A stretch of DNA of 64,000 nt from Phoronis australis (taxonomy: Eukaryota; Animalia; Phoronida), in the NCBI GenBank assembly GCA_002633005.1, contig NMRA01000078.1, positions 1,029,508 through 1,093,507 on the forward strand. The letters are read 5' to 3'. Below are positions 1-14,142 of this stretch, one piece after another; within the stretch, counting starts at the first letter, position 1; each line of letters starts with the position of its first letter. The notes beneath the pieces were generated by a model. That model did no database searches. It saw only the letters and a program-made list of their open reading frames with translations, and had not been told where the DNA came from. A program made the position numbers and the translations under genes.

Positions 1-197
1 ATTTCTTTTCGAAAAATTTACGGAATGTTGCAAAACTATCAATTTTGATAGAGTTTTGAATGGGCTTTCAGATTAGGTATTTCCCATTTTTCGGTAGATG
101 TCTACTTTTGAATTATCCGTGATTTTCTGATAGCGCTGTGAATCCTTTGTTGTCTGCGCTCTTGCTGCATTGATGTTGGTTTGGCTTCTGTTGAACA

Positions 198-460
198 AGA
201 CTGTGAGCCTATTTCTTACTGATTTATGAATCTAAGTTCGTCATATGAATGTTATGTTGTTCATCATCGCCACCATCATCATCATATTCGTCTTCTTAAT
301 CATCATCTCCGTCATCGTCTTTTCAGTTAATTTCGCCAAGTGTCGCTCAAGACTGTAGCCTATTTCTTACTGATTTCTGACTAATGTGGTCATATTCATC
401 ATCTTGGTCGTCATCTCTATTCTCGTCTTTTCTGTTAATTTCTCCACGTTTCGCTCCTCG
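198..460. repeat. Imperfect tandem duplication of about 150 bp containing CAT/CGT triplets
   Basis: AAGACTGT(G)AGCCTATTTCTTACTGATTT at 198 and 349, each followed by similar catcatc/cgtc-rich tracts. Confidence 0.65.
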
Positions 461-1589
461 GAGCCCTTTCATTTTAGGTTTTGGCTTGAATTTTCACCAG
501 TACTAGGTTGGTCATGTTGCGTGGCATGCATAGGTTGTATTAGCTCAGCTCTATTGGTCAAAAATGGAGCATACATGCCGTGTTCTTCAAGCACATCGCT
601 GTCGTTTCTACAGGATAATTAAAAACGGAATACCCTTCAGTGTTATGCTGTTTTCAAATATTAGTCTATCAAAAATGTAAATTAGTCAAAGTTCAGATAG
701 CTTTTTAAACATGCCTCAAGTGTTTCAAACTTGGTGTAGGGATATTTAATCTCTCGCTCTAGTAGTCTATTCAAACATTGTTCAGTCTCTCTAAACAGTG
801 TTCAGGGTTTTTCAAACATGTCTCAGTGTCATTTTTTCTATCTATACTAATACCCTAATTTAAATTTTGTAACTAATCACTAAAGCTCCTTGACGGTCGT
901 AGTTTTTTGTGTCGAATCTTCATCCAATGTTGACGTACAGTTTATTTTGAAAACCACTGTTGATTCCCTGCAGCTTAGTTGTTCCAATAACCATTTTCCG
1001 ACATAGTGGGGAATGGGGATATGTTGAAAGTTGCGATGTCACTTAATGGCGCCAGAGAATTTTGTATAAAAATGTTCAGTTTCTGCACCTATAGTTTAAT
1101 TGGAACTTGGATTTAGATTTTAAAGCACTGAAATTTTGCAGCACGTTGCAGCATTCTAAAATTCTTAGCTATCAACCCATCAAGTCACCACTGCTGTACT
1201 GTTGGATGTTCAAATGATTCACCTGATAAGACCAAGGCCAAATTTGTTGAAAGCCCGCAAGTTAAAGAAATATTGCATTTCGTCTTTGTTAACTCTGGTC
1301 TCCTAAATTTGAAGTTGGATCGGATACTGCTTTTGTGTTCTTGCCACAGCAAAGAGTTTTATTACAAAGAGCTGCCTGAAAACTGCTCAAAGAAATAAAC
1401 ATATGTTGATCAGTTTTCAAATCTATTGGCAAATCTGCCGTGAAAAGGCCACATTCCAATGGCGCAACCTGAGGTTAAACTCTGCTTCTGCATGACGATT
1501 ACACGTGGTTAGCCAAAATGTGAGCATTTGGCAGGTGACAAATTCGGTGGCAGTGTGAGTATTTTTAAACTAACAGTAATTATTTGCTC

Positions 1590-1690
1590 ATTATTTATTT
1601 ATTTATTTATTTATTTATTGTAATATTTAAAACGAGGATGGCCTCTTCAGTGACAGCACTACTTTCCAAGAGGGCCCTCAACAACAAAAC
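1590..1690 (-). mobile_element. Probable L2/CR1-type LINE 3' end (stem-loop plus (TAAA)n tail)
   Basis: Minus strand GAGGGCCCTCTTGG...GAAGAGGCCATCCTC stem followed by (AAAT)n; no ORF recognised. Confidence 0.45.
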
Positions 1691-1953
1691 TATAAAGCAG
1701 TAATATAATACAATAAAGTAGTAAAACAATAATTAAATACATGTAACAAAAAAACAATTAAAACAGGTTGAGAATTTAGATAATAAATAAATGCCAAAGG
1801 ATGATGAAAATTTGACTAAGAGGTGATACTATATAGATTATTTACAGCAATGAAAATTGTTATAATTAAGATAGGTAAGGTGGACAAGTGACATTTTATT
1901 TTTCAAATTTCTCAACAAAAACAAAAGTAATCAAGATGTAGTAAACTATTATA

Positions 1954-4372
1954 CCGTAATCGTTCGGGTTAACGCCCTGGGCGGTTAAATTGGCGAATCC
2001 AAAAAATCGGGGGAGGGCGGTTAACTGAGCAGTGGGCGGTTAAATCGAAAATCCACCTAAAGTAGGGGATGGGCGGTTAACCGAACATGGGCGCTTATTA
2101 CGACAGACAACCGCCCTGGGCGGTTAATCTTACCTGGCGATCTAAATCCCGACACGACAATCATACTCGGAACGCGTAGCCCTTTTCAAAGAGCTTTATC
2201 GTCACGTCGCCAAATGACTGTGAAAACGTCATAACAGCGGATGATCCCAACAAAGGTTCTCTTGCCCTCAGATTAGTCATTCACTATTAAATTTACAAAA
2301 TTGCTGAGTAATAGCCCCGTGCCGTCCTGCGGTGCGCAGACGACCAGTCACCACGCAGCCTCCACTAGAATTAAAACTGTTTCAAGATGTGACCCTGCTT
2401 AAGTGCGCGCGTGCAAGCTTCACGTGTTGCAGAGGTCAGACATCAAATTTATGGTTACAGTCTCGTACTATATGTAGCTGTCAAGTTCTGAGTCAGAGAG
2501 CAGTTTTAAAATTGGTTGTAATAAAAGTTTGAAAAACTTAACTCTGTTTTTTTTTGTGTTTGGGATGTTATAGTCGACACTCCGTGACTCAATGACATTT
2601 TCAGCGTATGGTTCTGCGGCTAGCTGTCTTATCTCGACAGCCCGGCATTGCTCTCTTGCCGTTGCGCCAAACATGCTATGCAAAGAAGTAAGACAAGGAT
2701 CGGGGGTGGTCGAGCCAGTCGTCGATCAAGAATAAAATTTCAAGCAACTGCATAAATATGTTACAAAATGTCAGAAAACAGCAATGTTTCAATTCATTAT
2801 TCTAAACGATCACCTTACCAAACTTCGTGGTGGAAAAACATTTATTTTCATGCAAGATGTCCAGATTATCCTATTCATATCACTCGTAATATCGCACTGT
2901 GGCACTGTTCGGTCCCGCTGTTATCGCGCAATGTCTCAGTCGGCTGACAATCGTGACTTGGAAATGCCGTCAAGTAATATAACGGCCTCTTTCAATATGC
3001 ATCTCGTTTTTTATGGCCAAAGATAGTGGCGGTATTCAGCACGCACGTAGGGCCTACGTGTGAGTCACCTGTCAATCACATGTTGGTGTCAAGGTAACAT
3101 GCACTCCAAAGTGTGGGAACTTGCGCACGTGCACCACTACAAATCAGTCACACATAGCGACAGTCCGACGAAGTAACAAAAACGGGCGTGACTATGTACT
3201 TTTAAGCTGTTGTTACGAAAGACCCAGTTCTTTACGATATTCCTCCGTTGCCAATGTTCCCCAAAACTGCGATGTCAAGTCTATTCCCATATTTCCCGGC
3301 TCGATGCTCCCTAAGCCCATCCCTGTAACTAGCTGCGTGAATCTCCTACCCACTATCGTCAAGCAGTCTACGTCGTAGATATTTCAGACTCGAATGGTAA
3401 GAATTTTTGTTCAGGCTGAAAATGGCCAATGTATAAACAAAATTATTCTGGTTGGCTAAAAAGGGGATGTGGAAACGATAATTCACACAGTCACGCTTAC
3501 GTGGAGGCTGACGCAAGAAATAGTAAAGAACAGCCAGCGACATTAGTTAAATCTGCCAACCAGTTTGACTGAGATGCAATAAGCAAAAAACAAAATTTGA
3601 CAAGTCGTTTTTTATTACTTCAAGATCATACACAAACATACATTATTGCCAACGTTTGAATTCACAAATCGACAGGCAGCAACGAAATCGGTAACCCAGT
3701 AAGGCACTTCTACTGTCCCTTCTGTCGCCCCACATCCTCTATAACCCGGTAGTTATACTCATCAAAATATTGAGAATTTGACATCTTTACGTGAGTTGTG
3801 AGATTTCTTCAAAATACGAGAGCTTCCCACCTTAATAGAATTTGGAGGGTTGGAAAAAACATTGTCACATTTCTCTGGCCTGATTTTTTCGAATATATGT
3901 TTTATCTAGTGCACTGCAGACGGAAACTCAGCGCGGCAGACAAAGTCGATGAAAGCGGAGGTTTTGACCCCGGCGGCGTTCTTAAACTTTGCAAACAAGG
4001 GAAGAAAATAAAGTGACAAAAAGGTTCGAGTATTATGTTTTGAAGTGAGTTCATGACCCAAGACAATAACTCGTTAACTGTATTATAATTCAGATTGCTA
4101 AACCACCGTCTCGGAGTCCCGGCGTCGTCGCACTCATTGTGATCATCGATCTTTTTCTAAAAGTTGGGGAATCGCGCGTTTCCTTAGCACCAGGCGCTAA
4201 ATCTTCATTCTTTAAAAGTCGGGGATGGGCGCTTAACCGAGAGGTGGGCGCTTAACTGGAAATATTCAAAAATCGCAGGGAGGCGCTTAAGCGAGCAGTG
4301 GGCGGTTAAATCGAAAATGAAGTCGGGGATGGGCGGTTAACTGAGCATGGGCGTTAACCCGAACGATTACGG
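1954..4372. mobile_element. Non-autonomous Tc1/mariner-pogo-type DNA transposon (2.4 kb)
   Basis: Perfect 24-bp TIR CCGTAATCGTTCGGGTTAACGCCC, TA on both sides (1952-53, 4373-74), multiple subterminal GGGCGGTTAA/GGGCGCTTAA repeats; no long ORF. Confidence 0.9.
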
Positions 4373-7300
4373 TAGCTAAGATTGAACAGTCTAGGTGTTC
4401 CCATTAATTGCAGCCTTTGAAAAATAGAAAAAGTGACCTTTTTGGCTATAATTTTGTTCATGTGAAGAATTACCATGGTCATAAGACAACTTTGTAAGCT
4501 GCTGATTGGCTGGCTGATACAGATATTCTATTTGTCATCCGATAAACTTTCACTTGTGAGGGGCCCAGTCTCTAGCACAAGATATACGAGAGTGTTAGCT
4601 AGTTTGATCACTCGCAAAAACCTTTGGTAAAAAATACTCCAATTTCAGACATTTTTTGCTCAAGGTCAGAGCTTGTCTCAAATTCCAGATTCGTATATAC
4701 AATATCGACTGTCCCAAATTTTTGAATTCCCGTATAATGAATGCCAAAACCCCCTCGTCCCAAATTCCAGAGTGCAGAAAACTGAAATTTTTGTATGAGC
4801 TTGCGCGTCCAAATTATAACGACTTCCCTAATTATATTGACTTCCCAAATTGGAGAATTTTTACCGTAGCGTTAGAAACGCTGAAATCATCAACTTTCGG
4901 ACACTGCTGTTGACTATACTAGTTATCCAGTTGAGCACAATGTCTCCATGACAACACTGGGTATAACTTGATCTCTTCTCTTAATACCATCATTTAAAAC
5001 ACGCACTAGAAGTTACGTTTGCGTTGTGTATTTTCTCTGTTCAAATCGACATTGCCCACAACCCTTGATCAAACCTTGCAAAACATGTTTTTTGTACACT
5101 CAAAGGGACATTAGCAATTTATTTTGTTTTGCTACATGCTTGAGACAGAACTCTGAATCCCTCCATCATCTCTTGTATGTTGATTTTTATTTGCCTAATC
5201 CAAAATAAACAGTGTGATCGGCCTGTTAATGACAGCACATAAACGTACGTCTCGTGTTTCAGGAACTTGAAATCCTTCACATGTAAGGTAGTATTACGAT
5301 TATGTTACCTGAATGGTACTAATTACTATGTTCAGCGACATGTCTGGTTAATTAGTAGCAGCTAATTTGCTTTCATCTTTATTCGTCATCGAACAAAGCA
5401 TTCCTCTGAGTGGAACAAACGCTGTCAAGAGAATCTATTCTTTTTCTGCTTGGAAGAACGAATTGATTATATATGACAAGTCCAGCGAATGGGCTTAGTC
5501 CGGTCCTAGCTGATGTCTTCGTTAGTTAATGCAGTTAACTCTAGCATGGCTGCCTCCTTTCAGAGTCTTCGCAACTTGTAATGGAGACGTGTTTGGTTTC
5601 TGTTTGGTCTTCATTGCGTAGTTACGCCTTAGTTCAGTCTAAAATAAGTCTTTGTGACTCAGGGGAATATCTACCGTACTCCGAAGGTTATTAAGGACGT
5701 AGTGAATGGTTTCGAATAAATTACCGAACTAACAATGATGACTGTTTTCTAGTCACCTCCTGTCCAATTTTGAGTTTTATGTTGGCATGGTAATTGTCAT
5801 GAAAAATATTGGGTTAGGCAATTTTCCTTGAAAAGTAATGGGTGGTAAATGATTTTGGAGCATCTTCGAACAAAAGGACATGGCATCGTGCTGGTGTTCC
5901 ACCCAGCTCGTCAGATCTCTTGAGGCTGGCTAGTTACGGTTCGTTGTGCAACAATAAAACTTTATTCGCACTTGAGTGACGAATGATAATTTTGCTGTAA
6001 AAAGTGATTGGCTCTGTGGGGATGTACTGTAGTGATGACAAGTGTGTAAACAGAGCGCTTCTTTTGAAAATACTGGAGAATCAGAGCGTCATTTAGGTAT
6101 CTAGAGGTGGGTCTAATGGTAGCTCTTCCTTGGTGACTCTTAACATGTGATAATAATAGGATAAAAGTTCTCTAGTTTGGAACAGCATCTGAAATTTGGT
6201 ACGTTGAAATTCAAGCCATTTTATTGAATTTTATTGATTCAGAAGGTTTGTACATGGGTAATGTTGGCATTCATTACATTTTTCAAGTATTGGACACTGC
6301 AATTTGTATCAACTAAGTCTGCAAAGTGTGGGATAAAATCGTCGAAATTAGCTACCAATGCAAAACCCCTCTCATGGACAGCCAGTAGTGCTTAGTTCTA
6401 AATTTTAATACGAGCTCCGACCTTGACCTAATTAATTAACATTTCACTGTCCACAAAATGGACAATTTTTACCATTTACTTTCCTGCTTGAGTTCTTCAC
6501 TTGCTTAGCACTTGTTAAATTTCTCCACAAAAGTGACGATCAAGAGCGTTTTAGTCTGTTGCAAGCATGGGTTGTAGTGTACAGATGTCATAAAACAACA
6601 TTTATTAAATTTGCCTGTATACTTCTTGCTCAAAACATGAACGAATGTAAATCATCAATGCCAGCGATAGTCATCATGTAGGCTTACAGTCCTCTTGATA
6701 ATTTTCAGAAATAGTTCTGTCTTAAGTCTTGCTTAAGGTTATCTCAAACCTTATTTAGTGGCCTCTAGTGTTACTCGTATATTAAAAAACTAAGCTTTGT
6801 CAACTAGTAAAGTAAATATTTTCTGAAAGACAACAGATAAGGGAATATAATTGTGTACCATTATTATTATTATAACGTTAACACCTTTTTAAGTTCAATT
6901 TCATTTTTAAGAAAGATTCATCCATAGTTTAATAACCCCTCATTTTTAAACAAAAACTTCACCTGAGTTACCTCAAAAATTTTTTGTTTAGTCTTTTGGT
7001 TCAGTTTCTATGACAAATCAACTCGCAAAATTAAGGTATTTCTTTAAAAATAAAAGTCATATTTGTCTTTCATTGTGCAAAAACTAGGTCTTTATATTAA
7101 CAGTGTTTTTGGAGATTTATGAATAAATATTAAGTTTGGAAATATCAGTGAAATCCATCAAGCCATTTTCGAGAAGTCGTGTTCCTAAGTTCAAATTAAG
7201 TCGATTAAACTGGGACGAGTGAAAGTCACAAGGTCTTCGGTTAATTATTCAGTGAAAAGTTGTTTTCGGTAAATGTACGTATTCACTCTTTAGCCATGAT

Positions 7301-10300
7301 AGCTATTTCAAAATTTACTATCAACTATGAACTGAATTTGCAGTTCGTATTAACTTAATTATCGCTAAAACTTTAATTCTTTTTACCGTTCCCAGCCGAG
7401 AGGTCAGGGATCAACTTTTGACCTACTTAAAAGCAGGTCAACAGTTCATTAGTATACGTAGGCACCATGTGCCGGGAGACTGATACGAAACCAAGTAAGA
7501 GATGGATAACAGAAATTGTGTTGGTGGTGAAAACACGTCGTTAGCATGAGATCGAAACAGCAGCGAAATGTCAAATGGCCTATCGAATTAAGGAATGTGG
7601 GTGAGGAGTTATCTCTTTTCACAGCTTTCTGCGTTCATGTCCACAGAGGGGTGAGGTGACTGTTGGAGCTTTCATTCTCAATGATCATATGCCCAACTCC
7701 CTCAGGATCAAAACTACATTTGTCCTTGTTTTCCCTGGCATCTTTGTACACCTCATTGACTCAGTATTACGGCGACTCAGTGAATGAAAGGACTGAGGGT
7801 ACATACGAAGCTGCTCTGTACCTGGCGGGAGATTCAGTTTGAGTGCCCTGTACCCTTTGACCTCGCATGAATGATAAAAAATTTCATTGCAGTTTTTTGG
7901 TTCCAAGGTGGTTCTACTACATCTCTTTTCTCGCTACACGGTATAAAATTTCGTATTTGAAGTTTCTCGAGAATGAAGATAAGTATTTTGTTAGAGACGT
8001 GAAATATTGCAAAAATGTCCAATTTTCGTGAATAAGGTTTGATATTCTTATGTCACGATTATATCACTTTTCATGAAACACGCCTAGTAGTTTGCTGGGG
8101 AGACAGTCTTGGACACTCAGTCTGTTTTGTAAATATTAACTTAGATCAAATTCCAAGTGCATAGAAAACGAATGTGACCTGACTCTTACATGGCTGTGAC
8201 TTTTTCAACCTTCTGAGAAATAGCCTAATGACTATATACACAATAGAGGAAATTCTCACAAGTTTTAAATCAGATGTTTCATGCAATGGGCCCGACCTTT
8301 GTGTGCGCTTGTGGCTTGGGCACGTCCTCCGATACAATTTATGCATCAGACCACCTGCACTCTTGTTTTTAAAATTCTGGACCACCCCAGTCTGTTCCAC
8401 AATGAGATTGTACTTCTTAAAGTGCTCAATTTATTGTGTTGTCAAGCACTACATTGTAAGTTTTGGTTCAGAGAAAAGACACTTGAGGTTTTGTGTTACA
8501 AAAGTGTATTTTACTAATTGCAACATCTCTTGGCGATCCTTTTTACATAGGTTTGGCAATGAGGTGCTTGCGCAAATGTGATAAAAGAACACAAAGCGGG
8601 TTAGTTTGTTAAGACATTATTGCACCTCGTGACTCCAGGCAATGACATAGATTTCGAAGGCCCTAGCTTTAAAAGTCATTGACAACAATGGTTGCATTTT
8701 AACTAAGTAGGATCTTTTGCAATCTCTAGTTCTCAATTCTCATGCACCTTAGAGCAATTCTGAATTGTTATAAAATCTTCATTTGTTTTCGACCAAGTGT
8801 GCCTTTTAGCAGTAATTTGTGTTCGTGAGGTAGTTGTTTGCCTTTAATGTGCGGTAGTTCCTGGCGAATGGGGGAGGATGTGTGCTGATGGAAAATTAGG
8901 ATACCCACCCATTTTGAGAGTGAGCTTGAAAAAGAAAACCCATTTATTGGAAGCCTAATTTAAAAAGTCCTGGACCAGCTTTCGTAAGGATTTGGTCCAG
9001 AAACACCACGATTTTGTAAGGTACGCTCTTTTTTGTTTATTTAGCACAGACTGAATATGTCTGACAAATGAAATGTGTATTGTCAAATTTCTTCACTAAA
9101 GTAAATAAAAAGAGAACTATCGTTTATCGTTCATGATCTTATCCTAATCTGTAAGGAATTTTTGACAACTGTCCTTTCAACTCATTTTGTCCTGCAACAG
9201 TACACGAGGTGACATTATGTTATTAAAATAAGTGGATATTTTGCAGCCAAAGTTTTGAAAATATTGTTATGAAAAGGGAAAATACTCTGTTATGACGCAC
9301 TCATATTTTGAGAACCAGTTGATGCCCGTTATTTACCGGAGAAAACTTGTTCTCAAAATGCGGTTACGTTTTATCAGACTGTTGCCGGAAAAGGACCTGT
9401 CTTAGAATCTTAAGCTCCCTAAGTAAACTTTTTTGTTGGGAATGAATTGGAAATGCACCCTGTGGTAGGGAATTTTAGAGAAAAGCATTCTCTTTAGGGA
9501 AACTGTGAAAGGTCACCCATTGTAGTGACAGGTCAATCACAGGGAGTACCCCCCTGGGATGTAGTCTCATTCTTACAAAACATGTCTGGCTTTATAAAAC
9601 CCACTGGTGTTCAGCTTCGGCTTAATGGAATGGCCTAAAGCCAATGACAATGTTACAGTTTTAAATAGAACAAATAAAAGACATCTTTATTTGCCTGTAG
9701 TGTGCTGTTGGCCATGATTAGAATTATTCGTGGATGCAAGTGGCTGGCGGCAGTGTTACACATCCACGGCTGTTCCCTGGAGCTTGTGTTGCATATTAGC
9801 ATTAGGCGAGGCACCTGCTATTAGTGTACATTTGTGACTCTGACGCTTGTGGAATGTTTTTACATGCTTCTAATTAAAGCTGTATTGCATTTGCTTTTCC
9901 AGGAGCTGAACCAAAACAAATCCTAACATTTTGAGTTAATGGCCATGCCACCATGCATGATGTTTAAAACGAAAACTTAACATAAAAGTGCTTGGGCACT
10001 GTGCCATGCATTTCCATTTGACTTTGAACATAATAGTCACAATGTTCTCCCATACGTCTAACTCTGGTTAATTCCCAAGAGATGGTGTTCATGTCAGCTT
10101 CTTTGGAAAAGCAACACGTGTTAGTTTGCGCTCTTTCAAAGACAGTTATTGCATTCTTATCCTTTCTTTGAGTTGAAATAAGCTATAATAGATCACCTGG
10201 AAGTATACTGATCGCCATCAACTTCTTTGGGAATTGAAGCACACTCTTTGCAACAAGTGACATGGGCTCTGTAGGATCATCAAAAATTCCAATTTTGGCC

Positions 10301-13300
10301 AACTTCGAACATCGTATCCCAGAAATGGCTGATTAGATTCACATGGAACTTCCAGATACATATAGGTCATCCCTCCTACATAGAAATACTAGTGCCATGA
10401 CTTATCGAAACCTGCTTTTTCAGGGACGACGCCTTGAATTAATGATTGACGTAACTCAAATGAATAAAGTCAGTCAAATATCACGTTGCACGCGCGAAGT
10501 TACCCAACCGTAAAATACGGCTTACCGTTGTATATGGATTGGTTCTACTTCACAGTTAATAACGCGACGTATTTTCATATACGCGTGAAGGTATGAGCTT
10601 CTAACATTTATTTTGTGCAACTTATATTTTATGAAAAAGTGAAAAAATAAATTGTTAGCAATATCGTGTTTCAAGTTGGTGGAATTTTTCTGTTACTCCC
10701 TTTATTGAAATTTAACTCGGTTAGTCAAGTTGGCACTCGCAAAATGTACTCAGGAGGCACAAATCCATCCAAATCCTTTGGGAAAACCCCAATGAACAGC
10801 CTATTGCACACAGATAAAGCCATAATTAATACAAGTGTCACTACGTGAATTTAACCAGACAATTCACTAAAAACAAATTTAAAAGAAACATATTTAATTG
10901 AAGCTTCCAAGTTAAAGTTTTACACAGTCACAAACACTAACATTTAGTATCATAACTAGGCCAACCACACTCTATGCATGCACCAAACTTATGGTCAGTA
11001 CCATTCCTTTCAACATCCGACTTTCAACACCATCATCTTGCAGTCCCTAATTTGTCCGCTGAATGTTACAAGTCTTCATTGCCGGCACAAACGTTCCACT
11101 GTATCCAAACATCTTCTAAACACGTCTACACCTTGTCACGGCTGGCTCTCAACTGAGGTGCACGCAGATCAAACATTTGAATGCTCCAACAGTCTTGATA
11201 ACAATACTGAGCACACCGGTGACCTAACCGACTATGTTTACAGTTGTCTATTCTTTACAACAAGTTCTCACAATGTTTCTCAAACCGTTAAATTCTTGTA
11301 TATTTTATTTACGATAATCTACTTTTACCAGCTGTTCATGCATTTTGAAGCTGTGTATGCTGCCCATTGTTTTTCACACAGAGAAATCCTTTTGTTTGGC
11401 GTTTTCAAATTGATGTTTGTATTTAGCAAAACCTTTTTTTGTACACTGTTCACCAATTTAGAATATACCTTACTGCTTATTCAGTATTTTATGAATGATT
11501 TAAAAGTCTCACTGGTTTTGTACATAATAATTGCCAAAACTGCCCTTTTTGAATTTTCAGCAGCTTCTAAGGTTATTGTGAGTGTTCACATCATTTTAAA
11601 AGGGCCCTTTCTTGCTGTCTTAACTGCGGTGTGAGCGGAGCATTGAATGTAAACTGTGAAGTTAACTGAACCCTTCATACCAGCTTTGGTAGTTAACGGA
11701 CATCGAAGTAAACAGTAGGTGATGCACAGTCGTCATCTAAGTAATCGCAAGGTCAACACTGATGTATCTCATGTGCGCTAATATTTTTTTGATGTGACAA
11801 TTTGGAAACATTCACATGATTGTTCTAATTGACATAAAACTTAGTTCTAATTCGATTGGGGATTATTTGTGCAAAACAACACTGTCCTGTAATTGTTGAC
11901 GGGTAATAATGGTCCCTGACGATAACTTCGATGGGACCGAAGTTGACCGTTCATACGGCACCGCAGCGATCCGCTGTTAAATGCACCTGTTTACTGCGAA
12001 GTTAACGGGCACTGTTAACTTTAATCCAGGACTGAAGTTAAGGGTTCATACTGACTGTAACTCCCAAAAACATCGCCACCTCGACATTAGTATGAAAGGG
12101 CCTAAAACCTTGTGTGCTGGTACCTGTGGTTTAAAACTTGAACTGGCACTGCACGTTTCATTGAAAAAAACGACTAAATGAAATTTCAGTAGTCATCCAT
12201 ATTGTGTCCTGGTTCAATATGATTTTACATGTTAAATGTTCATCAGAAAACAGAATTTTTTAAGTTTTCATTTTTTATCCCATCCGCGTTGAATCATTCG
12301 AGTGTAATACGGCCCTGTGATATTGTTTTTCCGTATTCAAACACCCGCACTAATTCAACTGTGCCCGTGGAAAGTTCAAAAGGTATGTTAATGTTGACTC
12401 GACGTCATTAACCTGTTTGATCATCAAACTTTCCCAAAATAGTTTAAAGTGGTACAATTGCAACTGTATAAATAACACTCAACATGCACTCAGGTCCCAA
12501 ATGTAACATTTGGTACAAAACTGTTAATTATATGACACTTCTGTCTCAGTTTTCAATTGCTAAATCATATATCGTCTGCAACTCAGGTGCCGATTCCTCG
12601 GTAATACAATTATATCAAATGTACTGAAAAAAGATATATTTCTATTTATATCAAATCTTGTTATTTAATATTTTCAGGAAAGGTTACTTTAGTTCAATGC
12701 ACAATTACCATTGTTTTCTTCTTTGTTATCTCTTTTCAAGTAATAAATCGTTACATTTAAAACTGTTTCTTTTTACTAGAGAAAACTTGCAACCTAATGC
12801 ACAAGTACATACATGTAGGATGTGATCTGCCATGTGAACAGTGTGGGCGAAGTATTTGCAAAATCTGCCTCAAAATGAAAAATCTTAGAAGTTTGAAGGT
12901 GTATGGGAAAAATGCAAAACGTACCTCGATTGGCGTAGATGAAGTAATATCCCACTTGATATTATTCCGCAAATCAACCTCGACTTTCGGTCTCAGTTGA
13001 TACGCAGAATGTCTCGTGGGATATCACGTCACGTACGCCACTCTCGGTATGTTTTGTGTATATATGCAGGCAAATTTGCATTAACACAGGGTCCGAGGGC
13101 TTTTTACTATTTGCTGTGTATCATTTACTGAGTGTCCCAAATGTTGACATTAACAGTCTCTCGACGTACACGTGCTACGGTCATATTGGGTTGAAGTTGT
13201 TCTGAATTGACCGAACACTATTTCCGTGTTTCCTTCATGTTTGCTTAACACTGTTGCCGGTAGTTTTGTTGTGAACTTGAACACATTAAGTAGAGTTTTA

Positions 13301-13902
13301 AAGTAGTGCTTATACTGGTTAAACTTTGTTTTGAAATGTAATACACTTTTGTAGTTGATCAACAAAAGAGTGTGTTGTATGGAAGATGGGATGACATTTA
13401 TGCGGTGGTAATAATTTTTTCATTACCTTTAGATACGGTAAAGTTAATATTTTCATAGCAATGTTAGAACTTGTTGCTGCTATTGATTATTAAAAAAATG
13501 GTATCTCAATAAAAAAACGTATTTGCAACTGTTCAAAAGGAGATAAACCAACCAATAGTTTTGCAGGTTTATTTTTCCATAGCCACATTCAAGAACAGTT
13601 GACGAGTTTCGTTGTGTAATTTTTCTAACTTCATCAAAGTCACGGTGAAAATGCAGATTGCAAACAAACAAAAATAACATGAAATAATTTGAAAGTTAGC
13701 TGCAGAATTTTGCCTCAAAATTTCTACCATTTTTGCTCTGAAGAACTATTTTGGCAACTTGTTTGTAATTCTACTGTAGCTCCACCTAGTTTGCTTTAGA
13801 CCACTTTGGCCCGCTAAAAAATTGGTATTGGCTTGTTCCCAACTCAGATTAGGAAGGATTTTATTTTTGACCATGCAGAGAAGTCACTGTGACAATTCAT
13901 TA

Positions 13903-14142
13903 TTAAAAAAATAATAATTGCACGTGGTCTGACACACATACCAGCCATGTGCAGGCCACGCATGAGGGAGTATTGCACTGACCACCTGGAACCATTTTTA
14001 TGCTATATTAATAAATAGTTAAAACGGATCTGAGGAGCTAGAAACCTGACTCAAGGGTCTAGCACTGTGACCCAGTGGGACTCCGATCCACGACCTCAAG
14101 TAAAGAAAGCGGGCACCTATCACACTAGGCCACGCCTCTTCC
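13903..14142 (-). mobile_element. tRNA-derived SINE, same family as 54847-55108
   Basis: Reverse complement shares GTGGCCTAGTGTGATAGG, GAGTCCCACTGG and CCCTTGAGTCAGGTTTCTAGCTCCTC with the + strand copy. Confidence 0.8.

Noticed and set aside
10978-11634. 218-aa ORF
   Set aside because: No recognisable domain, AT-driven F/L/T composition, lies in repeat-like DNA.
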